64,000 nucleotides of DNA from Raillietiella orientalis (lineage: Eukaryota): NCBI GenBank assembly GCA_036172245.1, contig JAYWIR010000039.1, forward strand, positions 558,001-622,000, in the 5' to 3' direction. This document shows positions 23,600 through 35,400 of this stretch, piece by piece. A program made the position numbers and the translations under genes. The notes beneath the pieces were generated by a model. It ran no database searches, had not been told where the DNA came from, and saw only the letters and a list, made by a program, of their open reading frames with translations. Each line of letters starts with the position of its first letter. The stretch's first letter is position 1.

Positions 23600-25900
23600 A
23601 GCGGACCACTGGATGTTGGAGCAAGGAGCAGGAATGCTGCGAAAGAGAGGGGGTCCTTGGGAGGACCTCTGCTGCCTCAGAGAACGGCCTGCGGGCTACC
23701 CCGCCGCCGGACTGGAGTGAGACGCGTCCTGCAGCGCCGTCCTTGCGGACGACGTGCAGTCGCCTTCGGACAGCAGCGACGCCGCTCGCGCTCTTCTTGG
23801 ATCGACTCCGGGAGTCGAAAAGAACGCGAAGACTCGTGCGCATTTGCCCGCTCCTTCTTCTTCCCCCTTTGTCCCTTTGTCCTTCCTCTGCTTGCCTCCC
23901 CCAGGAGTGGAACTCCCAAAGACCCGAGCGAAGTCGAAGCTGTCTGGTGAGGACCTCAGCCCTTTGTCTCCCTTCATCCATCTCTCCGCCCCCGCTTGCG
24001 CCCACTCCGTAAGAAGAGGGAAGGGGCTCCGAAAACATGGCGGAAAGATCGATGGCGACCCAGAGCGCGCTCCGTTTATCCGAGTGCCCTGGAGGAGAGA
24101 GGATGAGCCGGTAGGTACTCTACGCTCAGCCTTTCCTCGTCCACGCTGGCGCCGCAACGACGCACTCGGCGATCCTAGTGGACAAGGATCCCTGGAGAAA
24201 AGCCTGAAGGCTGCCATCCCAGTCTGGGGAGAAAAAGATCCCAAGACGGGAGTGACTGCTCGAGGCCAACTTTAGGCGAGAGGGCTCGTCCCTGAGGGAC
24301 ACGTCCGCAGGCGATCCTGGATTGGGGTCGAGTACTGGCAGACCGCAGGTCTTCCTGCATTCTCGTTTGTTCAACATCAAAAAGGGGCAGGGGATCCTCC
24401 TCGGGAACGCAGTGCCGCGAGTTCGTCTTCCGCAAACAAGCACGACGTGATCTTTGGCTGGGCGACCGGGCGTAGTTACACATTGCCCCGAGGGCGTTCT
24501 CAGTAAGGGAATGGACGATCTTACACATGCGACCTTCATCAGTTCCCTCCCACAAAAGCGCGACCTTCACTCCTTTCCTCACCCCCTGCCCCACACGCGA
24601 CCTGCAAAGTCTGTCACCTCTGCCAATCCGGAAACGGACAGACGCGCTTGTCGGTGGGACGCTCTCCGACGGAGGGTCATGGAATGACCTCTCTTCCGGC
24701 GAAATGTGGCGACTGCGCCTCGGAAAGCAGCCTCTCGCCCGCGCCTGCCCGCACCTCCAGAGTGCTGACCTCCCCAGGAGTGGGAGGTCCAGGCGACCCG
24801 AGCGAGACGGAAGCTGCCAGGAGAGGACGCACCTCGGGCGGCGGAAGTCGCTGGGGGTCGACGTGAGAACTCGGCGCGAACCAACTCTTGCGAGACCCTT
24901 GCCTGCGTGTCCGCGATGTCCATCGAGGATTTGTCTGCGCTCATCCCTTTGATCAGGCGCTGGACCGCGCCATCCAGACTTCGTTCGCTCTCTCCGACCT
25001 CCAGGAGACTTTCGATTCCATCCCGCGCCCTCGCCGTGGCGATCCGGGGCGCATGGGGAATCGACCTGGCTCCGCAATTCCGCTGGCAGGACCGGCGCGG
25101 AACTCAACCGCAGCTCCCTGCTCCGGAAACGCGTCCCCGAGGCCCGGTGGGAAGCTGGATCGATCGCGAAAGCGGGAGGCTGCGCGTCTCCCGTTTCGCA
25201 TGCTTTCGCCTGTGTTGACAGAACGGGAAACGCCGGAACGAGGGTCACGGATGGAGGAGCGTCTTCTTCCCTGGTCCCGGCATGCCGGTTGCCGTCTGCT
25301 TCGTGAGGAGCAAGGAAGAGCCAGCCATACTCCAGTCCGCGACGAGCGAGGGCGGCTTCTCGGGGCTGGGATTCGAACCCGCAGCCTTCCTCTTTCTGCA
25401 GGGGGGGGGGGGATTCCTGCTGGCACCGGGTCGGTCCGGAACGAAAGGACTGCGAACCTCCCCAGGGGAAGGAGGACGGAGGATGGGGGAGGCCAGCAAA
25501 CAAACTGGAGGGGAAGGAACGAGCCTCCAGAAACGGCCGCCTGAGGCGGCCCCGATTTCCACCTCCCAGCTTGGTCCTTTCGTCGCACGGGAGCGAAGGC
25601 GGCCGCGGACGGCTTCTTCGGGCCGGGGTCTTTCGATGGGTGTCTCCTAGATGCTCGTGCCCAAGAGCAAGCTCCTCTTCCCGCCACGAGCTTTCGGTGG
25701 CGATTCAGCTCCAGCGTCGAAAGCACCATTCCCGTTTTCAAGATTGGAAACGGGAGCGACTGAGTACCTTCGTGTCGCGGGCTGTTTGTCAAAGGTCCGG
25801 GGTGTCTTGCGGCGCAAGACACCCCGGTGACCTCTTCCTCGCCCTTCGCAGCAGGCGAGATGGCTGATGGGGTGCATGAGGGGAACCCACTCCACGGGAC
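23600..25900 (+). mobile_element. Degenerate Tx1/L1-like ORF1 + endonuclease
   Basis: RKREAA...LTERET at about 25170 matches RKRDAA...LLQEI of the endonuclease at 49100-49180; PDFH (GDFN-like) near 25550; knuckle-like remnants at about 24420-24530. Confidence 0.45.
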
Positions 25901-26248
25901 CGGGAAAAACCGGCTCCGTCCCGTGCCGCTGTTAGCTTGAGGCCTCATTCTGCACGATTAGTGCAGGGAGGGCGGTGTTTCGAGCAGCAGGTGATGACTT
26001 TTGTCTATTTTTAGCCTTCTAGTCTCCACGAGTGGGTGTTCGGCTCACCGCTGGAGCAGCCGAGCGCCGAGTGGGGATGGCAAGCCAGACGGCTGGAATC
26101 AGAAGTCAAGCGGTCCTGTCCGCGGAGTACCGAGGTTTCCAGGAGGGGATTCCCTCGCTTAACGATCCGAAGGGGTCCGAAACGGAGGCAGACGGGAGGG
26201 CGCTTCGAACCGGGAGAAAAGCTCCCAAAGGTGCTTTTCTGCGGAGGC

Positions 26249-26261
26249 TTCCGGAAGCTTC
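26249..26261. promoter_or_regulatory. Heat-shock element (three perfect inverted nGAAn units)
   Basis: TTC-cg-GAA-gc-TTC, about 65 bp upstream of a TATA box. Confidence 0.65.
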
Positions 26262-26326
26262 CACGCAACGGCGGAAATGGCACCTGCCGGCCCCGAGACG
26301 GGGAACGCATTGTTGCGTGTCGGCTC

Positions 26327-26334
26327 TATAAATA
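26327..26334 (+). promoter_or_regulatory. TATA box
   Basis: TATAAATA embedded in GC-rich sequence downstream of the HSE. Confidence 0.65.
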
Positions 26335-26667
26335 GCGAGCGCCGAGAGAGGAAAAGCGTTTCCGGAGGCTCCGCAAGATGGTGCACGTTCTCAGCACGGG
26401 TTTTCAGAGTACACAAGCTCTCTCAGTGTACACTCACATTTTTCTCCTTTTTTTTCGTTTCGGCGTGTGCGTGCGCGAGCGCGTGCGTGCGCTTAAATGG
26501 TATTGTAAACTGAGAAAGGTGAAAATGAAATTTCCCTGGTGTGCATGCATCAGTGAAAACGCAAATTTGAAACCGGGAGTTTATTCAAAGTGGGCATGCG
26601 TTGGCGTACCTTAAAGGGCACGATTCAGGGATCAGCGACTCGGAGGCCGGCGGCTAAGAGAAAGACA

Positions 26668-26670
<3 letters not shown>

Positions 26671-26700
<30 letters not shown>
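26671..26700. repeat. (CAA)10 microsatellite
   Basis: Ten perfect CAA units. Confidence 0.95.
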
Positions 26701-27131
26701 GGTGGTGCGCAGTAAAAAGTCACTGGGGACAATGAACACACACACACACATGTATACATACACACATGCACGCACACGCACACGCTAGGGAGGAGGAATA
26801 CCGGGGGGGAAGGGGTGCACGTCTTTGAGGAGGCGCAGGCTGGCACGCTGGAAGGCTCTCGTTACGCGCCATGGTGTGCTGCATCGCTTCCGAAGCTCTA
26901 CGTTGGCAGAACATTCTTCGAGGAAACGTCGGATCGCACGCGGCCAAAAGTTGCGGCCAGTTTCGCCAGGCTCAGGAAGCATCGCGCCGAGCTGTTGCCA
27001 TGGAAGCTCAGATCTAGAGTGAAGGCTCAGCTTCGGATTTTATTCTTCGACTCTCCCCCAAAATTCAAAAGTTCCTAGCGTTGTTTCCTGCGAACTTCCT
27101 TCTACTGCAGCGGCGCTGAAATTCCTTCACC

Positions 27132-29972
27132 ATGACGAGACCCTCCAACAGAGCAGACACTTCGTCCAGCATCCCTTCCTCGGCGGATTCCCAAGGAAGA
27201 TCGGAAAAGGAAGAGAAGGAAGAATGCGTCCGCCGGCTGAAAGACGCTCTCGAAGACATACTGAACGCAGAAAAGAAGATCAAGGAAGTGGCAGCGATCC
27301 GGAAAGACGTTGCCAGGTAGAACCACAGCAGCGCGAGCCTCGCTGCTGCCTCGGACGTGGTGGTGGGAACTCCCGGAAAAATCCGCCCTGAAAGGGAACA
27401 GGAAGCCGCTGCGGGTCCCCCTTCACAGGGAAGGGTTGCCTGTCTTCGGCTGCCGGAGGTGACTCCCTTCCCGCGGAAGAAGTTGGCGCGAACTGATTAG
27501 AGGGCGGCGAGGGCGTTGCTCCAAGGGTGAGGCGCGGTTCCCAGCAGTTCCCAGGCCACGGGAGCTGAGGCCTACCTCCGCCCTGAAAGAAACGCGCTCG
27601 CCGCAACGGCGGCGGCGCCTCCGCACCGCGGCCGCTTGCGGACCGAAGGGTGGAAAACTCGCTGTGAGGCGTGGAGACCGCGCGTGCGCACTGGCGGCAG
27701 CTGCTTCTCCTTGAAGGTCGGAGGAACGATGGCCCCCTGATGTCACGGCCGTCCGCGCAGCTCGGGATCGCTGAGCGGAGGGTTTCTTTTGCATTTCGCC
27801 TCGGCTCAAGCAGAGTGGATGTCCTCTTTGGTCTTTGGCGGGAAGGGGGCAAGCAAGGAGCTGCCCCATACTGCTCCATGGAGATGGGCGGTGATGGAGG
27901 AAAAGAGCCCATCGGCGTTGGGGCGGCGAAGGAACTTGCGCGGTGCACGAACGTTACGCCGCGAACACGCGTGTGTTCGTCCTGGAGGGCGTGACGGAGC
28001 ATCGAGTGGGCGCTCTCGCCCCGAACGAGGAGGGCACCGCCGCGGACGTGAGCGCGACCGCTTGCCCGCCTCCAGGAACCCCTGGAAGCCCGGAGCAGCG
28101 GCAGCACCAGGCAAGACACCTGAGGGAGCGGAGACGGGAAACTCTGCGACGAGGCCGCCCACCCGGTCCTCGGACCGTTTTGCTCGAGGCGTACGCCCCG
28201 ACCTTCGTCCCGAAGACCCGGAAAAGTGCCGACCCGGTTCACTTGCCGGGCACTGGTCGTGACGCGCGCGTCGACGCCAATGGGGTCTTTACGGGGCGGG
28301 AAGTGCGCTCGCCCGGAGGGCGCAAGCGGCAGCAGTGTGCCGCAGGATGCCTGCGCCTTCCTTCGGACCCTTTGGACGGACCGCAGCGCCGCGGCAAGTT
28401 AGCGCGGGTCGGAGCCTCCTCTCCGCCGGCTGGTCCAGGAGTCTCGCCTCCTTCTCCTCCGGGTGGCCGACCGCTGACCTCTTTCCATTGCCTCTGGATG
28501 CTTGGATACAGACGGGCGAGTGCCCTCTGCTCCCCGGTCGAATCCACTCGCCCGGCGTCGAACTGCGGATAGATAAACCTCTGACGGCTCGCCGGAGGTC
28601 AGGGAGGGCTGGCCTCTGTACCTCTGGCTTTGCGGACGTCGTTCTCGGGTCAGAGAGAAAGAAACAGCTCCTCTGCTTTCCGGAGGGCATCGCGCTTCTC
28701 CTCGTCGCGGCCCGGGCTGCCCCGCTCAGAGACCTTCAGCAGTAACCAGCGTCCGCTCTTCGTCCTCACCCTCCTCCCTGAGCATTCCAGGGAACGCGGA
28801 AACCGGGAGCCAGTCCGGGCGATGTCAGGTGCTTTCGCTCCAGCCGCCCTCTCCTCCGCGAAGGAGCCCTCGCAAAGACTTCTTCCCCCCGCGGCTTGGT
28901 CGCTCCCGACGACCCCTCACTGTGGCCCTTCACGCGCTGCGCAGATGGTGATGCGCGCGCGCATGAGCAGTCACCATCCTCCAGAAAGGGAAAAAACTCT
29001 CGGTCATTTCAGCCTGAGGCAGGAACTGTCCAGGACGAAGGACACCATCAACCAGACCCTGACCAGCTACGGAGACTGGCCGCCCTCGAGGTAAGCCGAC
29101 CCGCAGGCGGCGCTCACGCGGAGAGGTGGGAGGGGGGAGGGAAGGGGATGGTCATCTGATTGCCCCGCCTTTGGCTGCACGCAGCCCTCCGGTAGAGGCT
29201 GTCGCCGAAGGTCCTTGGCGACAGCCAGCCACCCAGAGCCGGGCAGGGCGAGCCGTGGGCGCGGCGAGCCGATAGCGACCGACCTCGTCCTACCATCGCC
29301 GCCTCCCTGTACCCCTCTCTGCCCCGGGAGGGCCAGGCAGTTGCGCGGACGCTCAGGGCAGCACCCGGCAGGAATCGGACGAGAGCAGCGGGATGCGACG
29401 GCGTGCCGCGTTGGGGAGGAAGCCGATGGCAAAAGGAAGGGAGACGGGGGGGGGAGAAATCGCCTTCCCGCCTGCTCCTCTCAGCGACCATACGTGCGCC
29501 ACCTCCGGCGTCAGCGTGTCAGCTGGCGCACAGTTCCTCTCCTCGTCTTCCAGGACCTCGGAGAAGGAGGTGGAGAGTCCCAGCCTGCCCAGCTGCGAAA
29601 GGACGTAAGTGTCGCCCCATCTCTCCACCGCCCTGCACACGTCACACTACGCCACGCCCTCTTCGCCAGAGCTCACGAGGCTGCCCCCGACCGCTGGGCG
29701 CCTCGCCAGGGAGCCTCCGCTCAGGGGCCGACTCGTATGCCACAGGCTCCTCTCCCACTCTCCTGCCCCTTCCCGGAACGCGATACGCTCTTCTGCTCCC
29801 TTGCCCCTCTCCTCCCTTCCGACTCGCAGACCCCGAGTCCCTCTCCGCGCGTGGCGCTCGCGGCGCCTCAGGACAAGGCGATGCTGGCTCCCGAAATGGC
29901 GACTCCCACGGTGGTGTCAGTAACGACGAGGATTATAGTGATCACAGCAATGGCGGGGGTTTGTGGTCGTGA
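27132..29972 (+). CDS. Predicted 5-exon gene, coiled-coil N-terminus + Ser/Gly/Asp-rich region (196 aa as assembled)
   Basis: Exons 27132-27316, 29013-29090, 29485-29604, 29670-29734, 29830-29972; all introns GT-AG with mutually consistent phases (2,2,2,1); joined product ...ECVRRLKDALEDILNAEKKIKEVAAIRKDVASLRQELSRTKDTINQTL... is a continuous amphipathic helix. Confidence 0.6.
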
Positions 29973-30410
29973 CGATGATTTATGACGGTGATGACGATGA
30001 CGATGACACAAGGGTAACGACGATAGTCATGATGGTGAAAATGACGACGACGGCCATTACAACGGCTATGAAGACGACAACGATGACATAGAAGGAAATG
30101 ACGACGATGATGACGACAACTGATGATGACGACGACGACGATGACCACGATAAGACTGCAGCAACGAAAGGCATGACAATGACTATGGAAATGGTAACGA
30201 TGATAGCGATGACGATTCATGACGGTGGCAACGGTGACGAAGATTCTGATGACGATGATGGTGATGAAGATAATTCCATTGATGGTGATGAGGATGACGA
30301 CGACGGGGGCAATCATACTGTCAGTGGTGACAAATGGAGGTGCCACGCGGACGATGGAGGTGACAAAGACAACGGCGGCGGTGGAGGCATAGAGGACGAT
30401 GGTGGCTGAG
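29960..30410 (+). repeat. (GAT/GAC)-rich low-complexity tract encoding Asp/Gly/Asn-rich peptide, broken by frameshifts
   Basis: GAT/GAC/GGT/AAC codon pattern switches frame several times (e.g. GAC AAC T GAT GAT). Confidence 0.8.
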
Positions 30411-31580
30411 GCTTGGAGGCCGCCCGCGTGGACGAGTCCGCTGACAAACGACCATTCATCGTGCTCCCCGCTGGGGGATGGCACCACATCTCCGAAGGCC
30501 TCTGGGGCGGCCCCGACTTGAAGGCCCGTGGAGGCGCAAGCCCGAGCGCGAAGGGCGCGCGAAGAGGAAGTAGGATTAGGGCGAACGGCGCCCTTGGGGA
30601 GGCGACTGGAGGATGAAGGAAGAGAACCACTGGCTCTCCACCCGAGACGCCTGAGGTCCTCACCTGACGGGCCGTGTCTGGGTGTCCGTGACCTGACGTC
30701 ACGGCGAGGGCGCGCGCGACGCCTCAGACGACACGCTTCATGCGACGCTGGCTCTGTTCGGGGGACCGGGAGACCCCGAGGGGCATCGAGGGCAGGCGGG
30801 TGCGGAGTCTCCGTGGCGAGGCCGCCGAGTGGAGGACTCGACGCACCCGATGTTACCACGCGAGCAGCCCGGAGTGGTCCCGCAGCAGCAGAGCGCGTCC
30901 CGCTGACCGGACGACACGGACCAAACGAATGGCAGCCGGACGACCGGAGACTCACCACCATTCCCGGCGATGGCGAAAAGTTTCTTTTCCCTCGAGGAAT
31001 CGGTGGATGACTGCAGAATTTTCGTCCCTCCCCCACCCCAGTAAGTCGCAGCATTCGATGCGCGAGCGGTCCAGAATTCTCTGGATCTCGAAGTCCGCGC
31101 GCATCCCTTCGGTGTCAGTAGGCGCCCCGGTTTGCCGCTTGCTCTTCCTCCTCTTCCTCCTTTCCTCCTCCTCTTGGTCATCATTGCTGCCATCGCTGAT
31201 ATCTGGCAGGCATCAGGCACAGTCGCCTCTGTGACGCGTGCTATGGCGGTCGCCACGAACACGGGGTGGGGTTCCTCGGCCTGCCAATTCGGAGGAGTGA
31301 GAGGGCGCCCTGAACGAGTAGCCCTCCCTTTTCCCTGCCCGTGAGTCCCGGAATGTACCTCTTCCCTTACGCTGTCCCCAACTTCCCGCCCTCGCTTCAG
31401 ACCATCCGCTCTCCTGTCCTCTCCGCGCTTTCCCGACTGATGGTGATGAGGACACCGTCTGCTCGAACGCGGCTCTGGAGGAGGGGAAAGGGAAGGAAAG
31501 AGAAACGAGTGAGCAGAAGAGCGTGCCTGGCGGTCGGCGGCCAAAGCAGTGGCCGAAGCCATTGGGCTCTTTCCCTCTAG

Positions 31581-32037
31581 TGGGAAAGAGGCCATCTTTG
31601 ACGCAGGCGCCATCCGTTCCAGCAGGCAGATCATCGAAGTCTCGAGCTGCAACAGCCAAGGGGACCGCCGCACGCGTGGGGAATCCGTAGTCATCAAGGA
31701 GTTCGGGCACGCTCTGGGACTCTCCCGGATGACCACCTACCCTACGCATGTGCTGGTGAGAAGGCTGCTGCCCGTTAGGACCATCCCGTTTCCTCCCCAG
31801 GTGGAGATGGACATCCATCACTTCAACCCGGAGGAGATCCAGCTGTGCATTGACGGGGAAACTCTGGTGGTCGAAGGGCTCAGCGAGGAGACCAGCGAGA
31901 GGGGGGGGTCTCTGGCCCGCAAGTTCGTCAGAAAGTACCCCCTGCCCAGGGAGGTCGTCACGGAGAACGCCACGGCCAGGTTATGCAGAGCGCCCATCGG
32001 CTACATTACTCGCATAGCCGCCTGCTTCCAGAAGAGG
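31581..32037 (+). CDS. Alpha-crystallin domain / small heat-shock protein (HSP20 family) exons
   Basis: VEMDIHHFNPEEIQLCIDGETLVVEGLSEETSERGGSLARKFVRKYPLPREV is a typical ACD; acceptor TAG at 31578-31580, probable 45-nt intron 31756-31800, donor at 32038; a phase-compatible upstream donor GTGAGT lies at 31341. Gene ends not defined. Confidence 0.85.
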
Positions 32038-33099
32038 GTACAGGAGGTCCCTTACCCCCCAAATGACCTTTCTCTTCTACTTCCAGCACTTCGACTGCTT
32101 CTCCGGGTACAGAGTGAGCAAGCTGACGTAGCTCCCTCACTCGTGGCGACCTCGCCGTCCCCGGAGACGAGTCCGTTTCCCGTCCCCAGCCACTCCCTTT
32201 CCTACCCCACAATGAAAGATCTCTGCATCCCCTTTCACCTCTCTCTGAAGAAGATCCGGCTAGGGAGGGGGTCTCTCCGCAACATACGAGAAAGAGAGGA
32301 GAACATCTCTGGGTTCCAGGGAGGAGGGTAATGGGACAGAGCCCTTTCCTCGGGGCCGAGAGCGCCTGAAAGCGCTTCCTCTAAGCGGCAAAAGGGCGGA
32401 GAAAACCGCCGGATCAGGGCGAGGCTCCTTGAAAGTCGGTTGCCTTGGAGAACACGAAGGTTTCTGGAAGGCCTACGAGAAGAGAGAGGGTATCGCTCTG
32501 GAGACCTCAGGAAGCTGCAGCGACCCCATCCCGGCAGTCGGCTAGGAGGAGACGGCATGGGGGGGGGGGGTGCCTGCGATCGCAGCAGCGGAGGACCGCG
32601 ACCTCCAAAGGAGGCACCGCGCACGCGCTGCCAGGAGCTGTCGCTCGCGCGATGTCTGGAAGGGAGGCGACGGCGTCGGTCGTTTCGGGGCACGACATGA
32701 GATGTGGAGGGGGCGCACCTAGGGGTAAGACGAGTCCCGACTGATTGGCGGGAGACCGGCTTTCGGCTGCTCCCCTCCGCTTTGGTTTTCGGAGCATAGG
32801 AAGCGGCGGCGCTGCTGGAGATGGCGCGCCCGATTCACCCCGCGGGAAAGTCGGTCTCAGAGGCAGACCTTCCTTCCATCTGTCACCCTTCGGTATTTTA
32901 CGACCGGACACCCCCGGATGCTTCCACCGGACCAGGAGTCGTTCCGCACGCAAAGAGAAGGGTCGCAAGCAGATGCAGATTCTGGGGCCGAAGACTCGAA
33001 ACGAGTGGTGGGCGCTTCCAGGATGCTCTCCGTAGACGCTGCCATCCCTTCTGCTCCCGGAAGGAATGGTGACTTTTCCCTTCCGTCCACCCCACTTTG

Positions 33100-35400
33100 G
33101 GCTGCTCTGCTCGTTTCGATGAGTTCTCCAGGGCGAGCATCCCTTCAGGAAAGAAGATGTATATCGTTCGATTTCTTCTTCATCCGGGTGCCTGGGACAA
33201 GAGCGGCTGCTTGGATTCTCGGAACCCTCTCCGCCACCTCATCGTCGCACGTCTTCCCCCGGGAATTTCGCAGGCTCACTCCAGGAGACGCGACCAGATG
33301 CAACCACCGTTTCCTTTTTCTGGTCTCTTCGCCGCGGCCCGCCTCGGCAATTCCATCGAGACCACCCCGATTCTCCCCCATCCACGGGGTGCCCTCGCAA
33401 ATTCGTCCTCCTCCAGCCGCTTCCTCGAGCTCTGGTGGTGGCTTGCACCTGCAGTCATCTTCCTGGAGTCCCCGCTCTCCGTGCCTTCTCGAGTTTGGCG
33501 CGTCCTCGCCAACGCTGACCACCTCCCAGAGAAACCACGAGAGACCTCCTCGAGAAGAGGAAAAAGAAAAAACTCTTGTAGCCTTGGGCATTTTGCGGGT
33601 GCACCAGCGGATGCCTCTGTTCGATCCTTGCCTGCTCTTCGTTTCCTCTGAGCTGAAGCTTTTGAGGATGCCGAGATGCTGCGTGCCAAGGTCGGCGGTG
33701 GAGTTTGCTACCCCATCTATCTGATGGTTCCTTCTGATCCCGCGTCCCAGAACGATCAAGAACGATGCAATCGCTTGAGTCCGTCCCTGATGGACCAAGA
33801 CCGAAAGAACTATCGAAGCTGCGTGAACAGAAGCATCGGTCCTTTGCTTATCGTCCCCCCTCAGCATCCCTGATGCTCCTCTCGACGCAGCATTTGGCAT
33901 CCGAGGTGCGATCAGAGCCACAGGTACTCAGCAATCAACCGGCAAAGATACTGCGCTGCGGAAGATGCCGTTTTACTGCCTCCGATTTCGGATCAGCCGA
34001 TGCTTGCATCCCATCTGGGGAGACGCAAAGGAGTTCCATCAGTGTCTCCCCTGTCCCAACCGTGCATTCATCCCCCCTCATCATCATTCTCTCCGAACCC
34101 TCTATGTTATGCTTATTAGGCCTCGCCTCCCGGTCGGAATGCGAATTGGTCCGAGACCCAGAGCGATCTTCCCCGATCCTTAATCTTCGGCACTGGATCT
34201 TCGGCTTCCGCTACCCTTCCACTCCCTCAACTCTTTTGAGCTCTGCGCCGGGGTTCGTACCTCACTCCTCTTGACCCAATAGGAGGCCGTCCTTATTCCT
34301 GCGTCTGCTCCCCGGGGAAGCAAATTTATCCCGGAAAAGAAATGGAGGATCATCCGAAGGGAACGAATCAGGCAACCTTTGCATGGACCGCGGGAAACAC
34401 CAGGATCATTTCAGAATCTTTTTTTCCTCTTCTCCAATCAAGACAGTTGGAGGTCAGAGCATTCTGCCGAGCCCAGAATGCTTCCGGCAATGCTAATGAC
34501 CTAGATCGGTTACATACAACACAGTACAATGAATTAGCAGGTGTGCGCGAGAGTCCACTCTCAGGGCGAAGTGATCTTCCGTCAGCACGGTGTTGAGCGT
34601 TCACAATGCCGCTGCCCCAAGGGAAAAGCAAACTCTCGCGTGTGGCTCGGGGGCTGGTCAACATGCTTGCCGCATGCAGCCGATGGAACTTCCGACGCAT
34701 TCAGAGGGCGCCGCGCCCGTTCCTCCTAAAAGAGAGTCAAGCAGCCTCCCAGCCGAGTGCCACTTCGGAAGATGGCCTGAGGCGTCTCTGACGGAGGTCT
34801 GCGGAGATCCTGTAGTATGGGCTGGTCCCGAGAGCTGAGCACGGGGTGGGTCGAAACCATCCGGTGGACGAGGAGTCCCTGCCCATTTCCCCTCGGGTTG
34901 GTTGGCACACGTCGAAGTAATAGAAGGGGGAGGAACCACATCTGATGAAGGAATGTACCGGACCTCAGACCGCTCTTGCGGATAGGCAAGAAATTCGGCT
35001 TACCGGGATCGCCGAGGCCCGGGAATCGGTGGGCATGTCCAGGGCTGCCACATTTCGGCGGGCAGAACCTGCATCGAGGGACGATGCGAACATGGGGTCA
35101 CGGTGCACCCCAATGACTGGAAGGTTGATGGTAGCCACTGACGGGAGATCAAACAGGCGAGCTGAGCGGCTGTTCGTCTGCTGGATCAGCAGGTTCCGAG
35201 GACGGATGCCGCAGGAGCTCAGCAGCTCACGTTCTTCCCGGCCGTCGGATCTTGGGGGTGGTGGGAGCAAACCCTCCACGTGGAAGGCCTTCGACCGCGT
35301 CCCGAGCCATTTTAAACTTCGGGGGTCCACGTCTTGCGGTGCCGATGACTTCGCGAAGTCGAAATAGGGAATCCGCACATCCACTCGAAAAACAGAGCGA
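33100..35400 (-). mobile_element. BEL/Pao LTR retrotransposon gag-protease-RT remnant
   Basis: In Pao order on minus strand: VRIPYFD...KW (gag), CVVCNRS...F...CLD (knuckles), WDAGSE (protease-like), SRKRLEED (pre-RT). Confidence 0.45.

Noticed and set aside
24175..25948. 442-aa and 331-aa minus-strand ORFs
   Set aside because: No recognisable domain; they lie antisense to a degenerate LINE ORF1/endonuclease.
29942..31054. 370-aa minus-strand ORF with hydrophobic and His-rich stretches (apparent membrane protein)
   Set aside because: Simply the antisense reading of the GAT/GAC repeat.
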